Assembly: GCA_043801115.1 (NCBI GenBank)
Contig: JAZDMJ010000052.1
Coordinates: 1-36,496, forward strand
Reading direction: 5' to 3'
Length of the DNA: 36,496 nucleotides
DNA from: Candidatus Iainarchaeum sp.
GTDB taxonomy: Archaea; Iainarchaeota; Iainarchaeia; Iainarchaeales; UBA10191
The notes beneath the pieces are model-generated. The model did no database searches, had not been told where the DNA came from, and saw only the letters and a list, made by a program, of their open reading frames with translations. Positions within the stretch are counted from its first letter, which is position 1. The number at the start of each line of letters is the position of its first letter. The translations under genes and the position numbers were made by a program. Shown one piece after another: positions 8,319 to 16,503 of the stretch.

Positions 8319-9056
8319 TTATAGCAGGTTTTTGACCTTTCCAAAGTAAAAGGTTTTTTCCCCTTCCACCAGCCACGCTTCAAACTCTTCCAAGCTTCCC
8401 TTCAAGAAAGGGCTCAAGTGTTTTTGATTCAGCACGTCGCTTCCTTCCGAGAGTTGCAGCAGCGAGGGCAGCACAATCAGCGCGCGCCCTTTCCATTCCC
8501 CCTTCAAAAAGCACTTGTACTTTTCCGCGCGGTTGCCCTCGTGGAGCGTAATGGAAGGGTGCTCGTGCCCGATGACGATGCACTGCGCGTCCATGACTTC
8601 TTTCGCTTTCGGCAAGTGGTCTCCGTGCAGCACCAGCACTTTTTCTTTTTCCAAGAAAAACGATTCCGTCACTTTCAAGTTCTGCCAGCGCGCGACGGGG
8701 CCGAGGGAAACGTCATGGTTTCCCTTCAACAGCACAATTTCATTGCAGTGCTTTTTCAAATACTCCAAAAAGTCGAGGATTTCGTTCCACTCCTGCGCGT
8801 TCGCGGGGCCGAAAGAGTGCTTCAAGTCTCCCGTTATGACAATGGTTTCAATCTTTCCCTTTTGTTCAATTTCCGCAAAACTTTTCGCCAGTCTCTGAAA
8901 AATCTGCTTGAAATTGCTTTTGGGCAGCAAGGTTCCGCCCAGAATGAGCGCGCTTTCCATTCCCAAGTGCGGGTCGGCCAATACGAGTGTTTTCGACTTT
9001 TGGAAGTACAATCCCAAATCCGCCGTCTTCGCGCCCGTCCAAATCGGTTTATGCAT
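8319..9056 (-). CDS. Metallophosphoesterase (archaeal ICC/MJ0037-like phosphoesterase)
   Basis: The calcineurin-like motif series is present: LADPHLG, ITGDLKH, KGNHD, VLHGDH and IGHEHP. I trimmed the start to the ATG at 9056 (MHKPIW...) because the 91-codon upstream extension overlaps the divergent SepF gene. Confidence 0.8.
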   Translation of the reverse strand: MHKPIWTGAKTADLGLYFQKSKTLVLADPHLGMESALILGGTLLPKSNFKQIFQRLAKSFAEIEQKGKIETIVITGDLKHSFGPANAQEWNEILDFLEYLKKHCNEIVLLKGNHDVSLGPVARWQNLKVTESFFLEKEKVLVLHGDHLPKAKEVMDAQCIVIGHEHPSITLHEGNRAEKYKCFLKGEWKGRALIVLPSLLQLSEGSDVLNQKHLSPFLKGSLEEFEAWLVEGEKTFYFGKVKNLL

Positions 9057-9131
9057 AACAAAAACGCTTTGTGGAGGAGAATGTTTAAATTTCAGAACAT
9101 GGTTAATATGGGCATATTTTGGGGTGATTGA

Positions 9132-9503
9132 ATGGGTTTCATGGACAAAGTTTTCGGAAGCTCCGGAGACGCGATTGAACACTTGAATCAGGTCGACATT
9201 CCCGAAGCGACCAAGCGCTCGGGCGCGAAGAGTTTGATTATTTTTCAAACCCTCGCTTCGGACGCGGACGCGAAAAAAGTCATTGCCGAGCTCCAGCAGG
9301 GAAACATTCTCGTATTGGACATTTCGCAAGGCGCCAAAGCCGCCGACTTCAACCGCTTAGTCGATTTGCTGAAAGACGCAACCTACAAAGTGGACGGGGA
9401 TATCGCGCGCATTTCCAACGACAAACTGATTGTCTCCCCCCGCCAGGTCAAAGTATTGCGCAAAAAAATCGTCGAACGAGATTCGAGCCTGCAAGAAATT
9501 TAA
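9132..9503 (+). CDS. sepF: SepF-like cell-division protein (DUF552 fold)
   Basis: The 123-aa product matches the SepF core pattern in LIIFQTLASDADAKKVIAELQQGNILVLDISQGAKAADFNRLVDLLKDATYKVDGDIARISNDKLIVSPRQVKV. The SD-like ggggtga lies upstream of the ATG. Confidence 0.6.
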   Translation: MGFMDKVFGSSGDAIEHLNQVDIPEATKRSGAKSLIIFQTLASDADAKKVIAELQQGNILVLDISQGAKAADFNRLVDLLKDATYKVDGDIARISNDKLIVSPRQVKVLRKKIVERDSSLQEI

Positions 9504-9558
9504 ATGCGGGCTTTTTTTTCCTTTTGCCCTTTTAATTCGTTCGTCTTCGGCTTTCGAT

Positions 9559-10242
9559 ATGCGCCACGTGTTGTACATGCCTGACGGAAACAACCGCTTT
9601 GCGCGCGAGCGCAAACTCCCGCTCGAAAAAGCGTATTTGGAAGGCGGAAAAACCCTCAAGCGATTGGTTGAATTTTTCATTTTGAAAAAAGGATTCAAGG
9701 AAGCTACTTATTTTGCCATGGCCCAGCACACGTTCTCGCGCGACAACGAACGGAGCGAACCCTCTCTTCCGCCCATTTTTGACGCGGTTCGCAAAACACT
9801 TCAACAACTGTACGAAGAGCGGTTTTTCCAACAAAATGGTTTGTGCTTTAGGCTTTTTTTAAACGGGGAAAAAGTCCCCGCCCGCGCCCTCGAGTACGGT
9901 CGAAAGCTCGAAAGCGAAACAAGGGAAAACGAAAAAGGAATTGTCAATGTATTGTTGGGATACTCGCTGGAAGGAGATTTTTCTCAAGCTTTAAAAAAAT
10001 CGGATGAAAAGTCGTTTTCCCAACTGCGAAAAAATTTGTCCTTTTCGGAAATCGACTTGGTGTTGCGGAACAGGGAAATGCGACTTTCGAACGGCCCGGT
10101 TTACGCGATGGGGCAGGCACAAATGATTGTCATTCCCAAATACAATCCGGAAGTGACGGAGAAAGACTTTGCCAAAGCCTTTGCTGAATATGAGAAACTG
10201 CGCTCTTATCGGGCGAAAACGAATCCAATGCACCGAATTTGA
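9559..10242 (+). CDS. cis-prenyltransferase (undecaprenyl-diphosphate synthase family), divergent
   Basis: The start was trimmed to the ATG at 9559. The motifs are HVLYMPDGNNRFA (DGNRRxA-type), FSRDNERSE and IDLVLRNREMRLSN (the DLxIRTxGExRxSN type). Confidence 0.6.
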   Translation: MRHVLYMPDGNNRFARERKLPLEKAYLEGGKTLKRLVEFFILKKGFKEATYFAMAQHTFSRDNERSEPSLPPIFDAVRKTLQQLYEERFFQQNGLCFRLFLNGEKVPARALEYGRKLESETRENEKGIVNVLLGYSLEGDFSQALKKSDEKSFSQLRKNLSFSEIDLVLRNREMRLSNGPVYAMGQAQMIVIPKYNPEVTEKDFAKAFAEYEKLRSYRAKTNPMHRI

Positions 10243-10243
10243 T

Positions 10244-10501
10244 TCATTTTTTGTACTGCTTTTCAATCCACCATTCTTTGACAAACGGCAGCGAAAGCAT
10301 GGAAAGGATGTATGCAATGGTTGGAATGAACGCGTTCAGCCACGGGTTGGGCAGTGCGAGCGCGGTCAAAAAAATTCCAATCAGCACATACGTTCCAACC
10401 GCAATGAGTGCGCGGCGCGCAAAACTCGTTTCCCACGCCTTGTCCGCTTCGACTCTTCGATTGCGCTCGTGAATGGCTTTGATTTCTTTTTCCGCTTTCA
10501 T
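10244..10501 (-). CDS. Small two-TM membrane protein, hypothetical
   Basis: The ATG at 10501 overlaps the TrmB stop in an ATGA arrangement, which suggests translational coupling. The product MKAEKEIKAIHERNRRVEADKAWETSFARR is followed by two hydrophobic helices. Confidence 0.55.
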   Translation of the reverse strand: MKAEKEIKAIHERNRRVEADKAWETSFARRALIAVGTYVLIGIFLTALALPNPWLNAFIPTIAYILSMLSLPFVKEWWIEKQYKK

Positions 10502-11229
10502 TCGACCGCCTGCTTCCACAACATTTCGAAATAAGTCTTAAAGCTTTCCGCGTTTTCGCGGTTCTGAATTGCGAAGATGACGAGAGAGTCCTTGCGGGGA
10601 ACGATTGTCGACACTTTGTCGCCGTACACGTAGACGACGACGGGCGCGAGCGCGAGTTCGGGCAGAAACCGGATTCTAGAGGTTTTTCCTTCCGCAATCT
10701 TTTTCGGATACCACGTTCCCCGCTGTCCTTCGCTGAAAATCGTCCTTCGCTTGATTTTTTTAAAAATTCGCTCTCGGTGCAGTTTTTCGAACGTGGCGTC
10801 GTACATTTCTCTCGAGTACGATTTTCCATTCAGCGCGACGATTTCGTCCCTTTCTTCCAGAATTTCCTTGAACATTGTTACGAGTCCTTCCCTTCCCTGC
10901 AGTACGCGCGCGCTGTCCTGCAATTGCATTTTTTCCCGTGATTTTTCCGCTTCGTGCAAAAAATACTGCAAGCGCTCCATTTTTTCGGAAAGCCCGATTT
11001 GCAGTCTCCACGGCTGCTGCGCGACATACGTCCTCTTTCCGTTTTTCGAAACAAACGCGCACAACCCTTTCTGCACCAACCGCTCTAATGCTTCGTAAAC
11101 ATTCGCGCTGTGCAGTCCCGTCTTTTCCATCAATTCTCTCGGCGTGGAATCCTCGCGCTTGAGCAGGGCCGTGTACACTTTGGCCTCGTTGGGAGAAAGC
11201 CCCGCTTCGACCAGAATCCGTTCATCCAT
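10498..11229 (-). CDS. TrmB-family transcriptional regulator
   Basis: The N-terminal winged HTH reads LSPNEAKVYTALLKREDSTPRELMEKTGLHSANVYEALERLVQKGLCAFVSKNGKRTYVAQ. A C-terminal effector-type domain follows. The ATG at 11229 is preferred over the GTG at 11283. Confidence 0.75.
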   Translation of the reverse strand: MDERILVEAGLSPNEAKVYTALLKREDSTPRELMEKTGLHSANVYEALERLVQKGLCAFVSKNGKRTYVAQQPWRLQIGLSEKMERLQYFLHEAEKSREKMQLQDSARVLQGREGLVTMFKEILEERDEIVALNGKSYSREMYDATFEKLHRERIFKKIKRRTIFSEGQRGTWYPKKIAEGKTSRIRFLPELALAPVVVYVYGDKVSTIVPRKDSLVIFAIQNRENAESFKTYFEMLWKQAVE

Positions 11230-11337
11230 ACCCGAACCCGTTGCCAAAACTTTAAAAATGGCGCGTTTTGCAGTGGCGGCCACTGCACCTTATGTCTAAA
11301 TTCGGCAGGGGAAGAGTTGGATGGGGGAGACGAGAAA

Positions 11338-12447
11338 ATGCCGAGTGTCCGAATCGTTGTATTCTTTGTAGTCGTTCTTGCCGTCGCTGGAACTGCGGTA
11401 TGGTACGCTCAACTCCAAACCCCTTCCGGCCTTGCCGTTGCTTCTTCCAATCCTGTCCAAATCGGCGCGATTCTTCCCATGACGGGAAAGGCGGCCAATT
11501 TCGGAGAAAACGCGCGCAACGGAATCGAATTGGCGCTTTCCGAAATCAATTCTTCGGGCGAAAAAATTTCTGTCCTCTATGAAGACGAGCAATGCGATCC
11601 CAAATTTGCGGTTTCCGCTTTCCAGTCCTTGCGCGCGCGCAATATCCACTTGTTCGTGGGCGGAAGCTGTTCGAGTTCTTCGCTCGCGATTGCTCCGCTG
11701 GCGGAAAAGGACAAAACTGTTTTGTTCGCGCTGAGCGCGGCCGACGCGTTGAGCAGTTCGGGAGACTACATTTTTCGCAATCATTTGAAGGTTTCTGTCG
11801 ACATTCCCCTGCTCGCCGAGTATGCGAGCAAACACTATTCCAACGTGGGAATTTTGTACGACGCCCAAAACGACGCCTATTTGCAGGCCGCGCAATTGTT
11901 TTCCGCCCGCTTTTCCGGCCGTTCAATTCTGATTCCCGTTCTTGGAACCCAGGGAGACTTCCGTTCCGAATTGTTGAAGGCGAAAAATTCGGGAGCGGAC
12001 GCGTTGTTTGTTGTCACGTTCACTCCGAATGCGGTCCAGATTGCGCGCCAAAACGCGGAACTGGGCTTTTCCGCTCCCATTCTCACGCGCTTGAGCGTTG
12101 CGACGAAAGAATTCGTTTCGGGCGCGGGAGCGCTTTCCAACGGAGTCGTTTTCGTGGACGGGAACTGGGGGGAGCAGACTTCTCCCGAATTCTGGCACGC
12201 TTTCAGAGAAAAATTCGGAACAAATCCCACACTGTACGCAGCGGAAGCGTTCGACAATTTGAAACTGCTCGCGCTTGCAGTGGAAAACTGCGGCGAAGAT
12301 ACTTCGTGCGTGCGCGATTTCTTGTACAAGGTGAAGGATTACAACGGCGTTTCGGGAACGATTTCCATTGACTCGAACGGGGACGTGTTGAAAAAAGTCG
12401 CGCTCTTCCGCATTCAAGACGGCAACTTTATCCCGCTTTCAAACTAA
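11338..12447 (+). CDS. Type I periplasmic-binding-fold solute-binding protein (LivJ/K-like), N-terminally membrane anchored
   Basis: The start was trimmed to the ATG at 11338 (MPSVRIVVFFVVVLAVAGTAVW). The motifs VQIGAILPMTGKAANFGENARNGIELALSEIN and the later YAAEAFDNLKLLA are typical of branched-chain amino acid binding-type proteins. No ABC permease or ATPase gene lies nearby. Confidence 0.7.
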   Translation: MPSVRIVVFFVVVLAVAGTAVWYAQLQTPSGLAVASSNPVQIGAILPMTGKAANFGENARNGIELALSEINSSGEKISVLYEDEQCDPKFAVSAFQSLRARNIHLFVGGSCSSSSLAIAPLAEKDKTVLFALSAADALSSSGDYIFRNHLKVSVDIPLLAEYASKHYSNVGILYDAQNDAYLQAAQLFSARFSGRSILIPVLGTQGDFRSELLKAKNSGADALFVVTFTPNAVQIARQNAELGFSAPILTRLSVATKEFVSGAGALSNGVVFVDGNWGEQTSPEFWHAFREKFGTNPTLYAAEAFDNLKLLALAVENCGEDTSCVRDFLYKVKDYNGVSGTISIDSNGDVLKKVALFRIQDGNFIPLSN

Positions 12448-13686
12448 GCCGTATATGACGGGCGCAAACAGCAATGCTTTGATAATCAGCCACACAATCC
12501 AGAAAATCAACAAGAAAACGCACGCGGAAATGAGTTGAATGATTCCTGCTTTGAATCCCTGCTTTTTTCCCGTCAAATAACAGGGCGCGAACAGTGCAAG
12601 AGCGCTAAAAATGAACCCGAGCAATGCGAGCAAAACCATGACCATGGACAGCGAGTAGTACATGCTTCCGAACCACTGGTAGCCGTTGGAAAGAACGAGG
12701 AAAACAATTTCCCACAATGCAATGATTCCAACCGCCTGCAGTGCGGCTTGCGCGAATACGCCCAAATCCATTCCTTCTCCGCGCTTCGCGGGCGCGTTTT
12801 TCTTCCGCTTTCCCCACGCCCAAACTCCGATTCCGAGCGCGGCGATTGCAATAATCACGGTAGTGATAATTTCCCAGAAATTCAGCGCCCATCCCGATTC
12901 CGCATAGTCCATTTTGACGTGAAAGCTTTCCAACGGGTCCAGATTTTGTGCGGTCTTTACCACTTGCCCGCCCGCGTAGGAAATGTTGTTGGAATAGTCC
13001 TGGTATTCCGGGCTTTTGATGCTCGCGCTGGCCACGCTGGACAATGCGCCCGCTCCGAAAATGTCCTGCCTGTAATTGACGGCCGCGGTTCCGCCTTTCA
13101 CGCTCCAGTCCTGCGGCGCGCTCAATGCAACGCGGATGTTTTGAACGAGAATCGCGTCCCGGTCGATGACGGTTTTGAAGTCCGCCTTGAACACGCCCAG
13201 CGAATCTTTTTCCGCGTATCGCGATACTTTGTACAGCAATACAACGGCCGTGCTCTGGTTGGGTTCAATCTCTTGCGGTAGTGGGAGTTCGAGCAAAGTG
13301 GCAGTTGACGTGTACGAAATTTTGGCGTCAATCTGTTCGGCGAACGGTTCCCAATATGGGGGAGAAGGTTTCTCCATTGATGTCAACGGGCACGCTTCAC
13401 CGTAACTGCATCCATATCCGTAATTTCCTGCGCTTTCTTGCACTGCCTTGTACACTTTCGCGGTTCCTTCGATTTCCAAGTTCACTTTGGACAAATTGGA
13501 ATCCGAATTGTTCACTAAAATGAGTTTGGCGGAGACAACGGCGTCCCCTTCGCCGTCAAAACTGACCACGTAGTAGTCGTTCGAGTGCATGCTTCCTTGC
13601 TGCACGCCGACTGCGGAAACGGTTTGGGACACGAAGCCGGCCAATAGGACAAAGGCGACGACCCATGCAATTGAACTGTATTTCAT
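12439..13686 (-). CDS. Hypothetical membrane protein: signal peptide, ~270-aa extracytoplasmic domain and C-terminal multi-TM domain
   Basis: The signal peptide is MKYSSIAWVVAFVLLAGFVSQTVSA. About 5 hydrophobic helices occupy the last 150 aa. The gene lies 14 nt downstream of the SIMPL gene on the same strand. Confidence 0.55.
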   Translation of the reverse strand: MKYSSIAWVVAFVLLAGFVSQTVSAVGVQQGSMHSNDYYVVSFDGEGDAVVSAKLILVNNSDSNLSKVNLEIEGTAKVYKAVQESAGNYGYGCSYGEACPLTSMEKPSPPYWEPFAEQIDAKISYTSTATLLELPLPQEIEPNQSTAVVLLYKVSRYAEKDSLGVFKADFKTVIDRDAILVQNIRVALSAPQDWSVKGGTAAVNYRQDIFGAGALSSVASASIKSPEYQDYSNNISYAGGQVVKTAQNLDPLESFHVKMDYAESGWALNFWEIITTVIIAIAALGIGVWAWGKRKKNAPAKRGEGMDLGVFAQAALQAVGIIALWEIVFLVLSNGYQWFGSMYYSLSMVMVLLALLGFIFSALALFAPCYLTGKKQGFKAGIIQLISACVFLLIFWIVWLIIKALLFAPVIYGLV

Positions 13687-13700
13687 TTTCTTTTCTCCTT

Positions 13701-14465
13701 TTACTCGATGAGAAATACCGCGCTCACGGTTGCCGTCACTTGAATGTCGGACGGGGTGAAAGTCGTTTCGGCTTTGGGCGCGCTCGAAGCTCCGACCATA
13801 TCATAGCTTCGATAGTAGGGAGTATAGTACGCGCTTTCGCTCACGCTCTTGACTCCCGTCACTCTCGTTCCGATTCCTTCCGAAATTTTTTCCGCTTTGG
13901 CGCGCGCGTCCTGCGCGGCCAGTTTCAATTGTTCGCGTTCGACGCTCGCCTGTTTGGCGTCCGTCAATCCGTACTCGATCGAGTTCACGCGGTTCGCTCC
14001 CGCTTGGACGGCCGCATCAATGACTTTTCCGGCTTTGGACAAATCTGTTAATTCCACTTTCAATTGGTGCGTGGTTTTGTAATCCCTCAACGTTGTTTTT
14101 CCTTCCGAAGAATAGTCATACTCGGGATATACATTGTAGGAAACGGTTTGGATTTCGCTGTCCGGAACTCCGGCCGCTTTGACCGCGTTTTTGACGGCTT
14201 CTTCCACTGCCGCATTCTCTTGCTGCGAGTCGAGCGCATTCAAGGCAGTCGTTTCAATGCTGAAATACAAGTCCACTTTGTCCGGAGCGACAAAAATTTT
14301 GCTTTCCCCGTTGACGGAAATCGTTTTCAAATTTTGCGCTTCTTCCTGCGTCGCGTTGAAAATAGTCGTTTTTCCGCTCGCGTTTTGCGCGCTGTACGCC
14401 ATTGCGCCTCCGATGACGAGCGCGGCAATGACGATTGCCGCCATCAAGCTCCAATTTTCCGCCAT
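13701..14465 (-). CDS. SIMPL-domain (DUF541) protein with N-terminal anchor
   Basis: The sequence TISVNGESKIFVAPDKVDLYFSIET...AGVPDSEIQTVSYNVYPEYDY...KVELTDLSKAGKVIDAAVQAGANRVNSIEYGLTDAKQASVEREQLKLAAQDARAKAEKI matches the SIMPL/26-kDa periplasmic immunogenic protein pattern. Confidence 0.8.
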   Translation of the reverse strand: MAENWSLMAAIVIAALVIGGAMAYSAQNASGKTTIFNATQEEAQNLKTISVNGESKIFVAPDKVDLYFSIETTALNALDSQQENAAVEEAVKNAVKAAGVPDSEIQTVSYNVYPEYDYSSEGKTTLRDYKTTHQLKVELTDLSKAGKVIDAAVQAGANRVNSIEYGLTDAKQASVEREQLKLAAQDARAKAEKISEGIGTRVTGVKSVSESAYYTPYYRSYDMVGASSAPKAETTFTPSDIQVTATVSAVFLIE

Positions 14466-14538
14466 GTTTCAAACCACCTGCACGCAATATGTTTTGCAGT
14501 TTAAAAAAGGCTTTGCTTTTGCCAAGGCGAAAACCTTC

Positions 14539-15297
14539 TCATTCCAGGCCGAGCCATCGCCGGACGCGCTGCCATCTTGTGGGTTGGGGTTTTTGGGGCG
14601 GCTTGCGGGTTGGATAAAAATGTTCAACATCTAATAGTGTGGGCCCTTTCTTGGTTTGGAAAAAATTGTCTGCTCTGACGTCTTGTGGGCGGAATCCTGC
14701 TTTTTTGAGATTTTTTTCAAGTCGATTTCGGGCCCGTCCACTAGGTCTTTTTCCTTCTACGTGGAGCGTGAGCCGCCACACTGTTCCGTCTTTTTCGTAC
14801 AAGATTCCCAATGGCTCCGCTGCTTCAAATCCTGCGGCTCGAAGCTGTCGCTGCATCCGCGCTTCGTGCACGCTGGGATTGAATGCAATGCGGTTTTCAG
14901 GCTTTCGGTCTTCGAACTTTTTTTCCCGCTCCAGCTCTTCCATCGAAAAAAACGATTGCGACCGTATTGCCTGCTTGGCCCACACGATTCGTTTTTTTCC
15001 GCCCACGCTTGTCGGAAACCGCGTGACATATCCGACAATGATGTCGTTCTCGGGCTGTTTCAAATTATAGTCTCGCGGAATTTGAGAAGCGAGCGGGATT
15101 TCTTCGGGCAATAACGGCGCGTCCGCAAACCGGACAAATCGGCTGCCGTCCGCATGCGTCCAAACTTGCAATATATTGTTTTTTCCGGCAATGCGTTTCA
15201 ACTGCCAGCCGGAAGGCGTGGTTGTGCCGATTTTTAATCGACCGATTACGGGCGCTTTGGCTTCCTTTATTTCCTTTTTCCAAAAATGTGCGCGCAT
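14539..15297 (-). CDS. Atypical kinase-fold protein, Bud32/RIO-like (possible KEOPS partner), divergent catalytic motifs
   Basis: The start was trimmed to the ATG at 15297, 5 nt after the Cgi121 stop. The C-terminal half aligns by eye with the Bud32 pattern. HEARMQRQLRAAGFEAAEPLGILYEKDGTVWRLTLHVEGKR corresponds to the REAR...GIP.P.....D....I.ME.I.G segment. GFRPQDVRADNFFQTKKGPTLLDVEHF corresponds to the H.DL..SN.....g...lIDFG segment. The D..N and D residues are kept, but the flanking residues are changed. Confidence 0.4.
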   Translation of the reverse strand: MRAHFWKKEIKEAKAPVIGRLKIGTTTPSGWQLKRIAGKNNILQVWTHADGSRFVRFADAPLLPEEIPLASQIPRDYNLKQPENDIIVGYVTRFPTSVGGKKRIVWAKQAIRSQSFFSMEELEREKKFEDRKPENRIAFNPSVHEARMQRQLRAAGFEAAEPLGILYEKDGTVWRLTLHVEGKRPSGRARNRLEKNLKKAGFRPQDVRADNFFQTKKGPTLLDVEHFYPTRKPPQKPQPTRWQRVRRWLGLE

Positions 15298-15302
15298 GCT
15301 TT

Positions 15303-15818
15303 TCACTCCGTTCCCGCGAGCGCGACTCGTTCCAGCACGGCGCTTTCCAACGGATTTTTCAAGTCCGAAAGCGCTTTCAGTTCCGCGTCCGAAACGGAAA
15401 ACCATTCTTGAACTTTTTTTTGTTCCATTTTGAAAGGGGCTGATTTGAAACCCAGTTCTTTCTCCGCCCATTTTTTCAATTTGTCCGCTTTCTCTTTCGG
15501 CCCGAGCACGACGAGCGCGCAGTTTTGCTTTCCCTTGCGCAGTCCAAACCCGTCAAGGGCTTTTTCGATTTGCCGTTGTCCGGAAATTCGGACCAAAAAT
15601 TCCGTCTCCCACGCACGGGTCAAATTTTGGCCGGCGGAAAACGCTTCTTCGGCTTGAAAGGCAGCCCATTCGCAGTGGGTTTTTCCCGCGATTTTCTCCG
15701 CGCGGACGAGTTGGGCCTTCAATTCCAGCGCCAAAGCCCGTTCCGAAAGCTTTTTCAGGGTTTCTTCTGCTAGATTAACTGTTAAACGCCCGAAAAACAC
15801 GCCAAGGTGCGATTTCAT
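15303..15818 (-). CDS. cgi121: KEOPS complex subunit Cgi121
   Basis: The start was trimmed to the ATG at 15818. The characteristic segment is AGQNLTRAWETEFLVRISGQRQIEKALDGFGL....ALVVLGP. Confidence 0.65.
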   Translation of the reverse strand: MKSHLGVFFGRLTVNLAEETLKKLSERALALELKAQLVRAEKIAGKTHCEWAAFQAEEAFSAGQNLTRAWETEFLVRISGQRQIEKALDGFGLRKGKQNCALVVLGPKEKADKLKKWAEKELGFKSAPFKMEQKKVQEWFSVSDAELKALSDLKNPLESAVLERVALAGTE

Positions 15819-15866
15819 GTGTTTTAGGAGCGGTTTTGTTGTTTTAATAGTTGCAGGTTGAGAAAA

Positions 15867-16271
15867 ATGGTCGAATGGAAGCACAAAAGCAAGCGCCGCA
15901 AGACGGGCGGCGTTCGAAACTCGGTCAACGCGCGCGACAAAAGATTGTACGAAAAAGGCGGAAAATTTTCAGCGACCAAAATCGGAAAAGAAGACAAGCG
16001 TGAAACCCAGCGCGGTTTGGGCGGAACCGTGAAAACCAAAATCTTCCACGCCAAGTATGCGAACGTGTTGGACCAAAGCTCCAAAAAGTCGACAAAAGCC
16101 GAAATTGTTACAGTAAAGAAGAATGACGCCAACCGCGAGTATGCGCGCGGCAACATCATTACAAAAGGGGCCGAGATTGAAGTGAAGATTGGAACGGAAA
16201 CACGAAAAGCGCGCGTTTCCAGTCGTCCGGGACAGGACGGAAGCATTAACGCCGTCCTTTTGGCCAAATAG
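15867..16271 (+). CDS. rps8e: 30S ribosomal protein S8e
   Basis: The motifs are KRRKTGG, RGLGGTVKTK, YANVLD, NDANREYARGNIITKGAEIE and ARVSSRPGQDGSINAVLL. The ATG at 15867 is preferred over the TTG at 15858. Confidence 0.9.
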   Translation: MVEWKHKSKRRKTGGVRNSVNARDKRLYEKGGKFSATKIGKEDKRETQRGLGGTVKTKIFHAKYANVLDQSSKKSTKAEIVTVKKNDANREYARGNIITKGAEIEVKIGTETRKARVSSRPGQDGSINAVLLAK

Positions 16272-16320
16272 TCCCCGAATTCCGTTTTCGCCCTTTCTGG
16301 GTGGCTTTTAATACCGAAAG

Positions 16321-16331
16321 CTTTTTATAGG
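16321..16331 (+). promoter_or_regulatory. Strong TATA-like element (ctttttatagg) in the 230-nt spacer upstream of tfb
   Basis: The sequence aaagctttttatagg resembles an archaeal BRE/TATA. It lies ~175 nt upstream of the tfb ATG. The SD-like aaggtggtg sits 9-15 nt before that ATG. Confidence 0.3.
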
Positions 16332-16503
16332 ATGGAGGATGAAGGTAGGTATTGTTGCATCCTGTTCCTTCTTCCAACCATTTTTTGGTTTTAAGAGGGG
16401 CCTCTATGGCGATTGGGGTTTCAGGGTGAGAATCGGTATGGCGGAAATCCTCTCTCCAAAGTGTTTTTTCGCTTTCCTAGTCATTTAAGGTGGTGGCAAA
16501 TTC

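Noticed and set aside
9057-9329. N-terminal extensions of ORF-track models. The affected models are 8319-9329, 9430-10242, 11110-12447, 14539-15471, 15303-15884, 20203-20949, 20708-21460, 23777-24505, 32129-33091 and 35011-35367.
   Set aside because: The extensions overlap neighbouring real genes, lack motifs and often start at non-ATG codons. Internal ATGs give N-termini that match the family, such as MLIAGIDEAGRG and MPFSISPLPFAYN. The coordinates were trimmed accordingly.
16328-16345. A C/D-box sRNA (ggaggatgaagg resembling a C box), and a 20-codon ORF at 16332 (MEDEGRYCCILFLLPTIFWF).
   Set aside because: GGAUGAA does not match RUGAUGA. No properly spaced CUGA D box or terminal stem was found. 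The mini-ORF starts immediately after the TATA-like box, so it would lie upstream of any transcript start.
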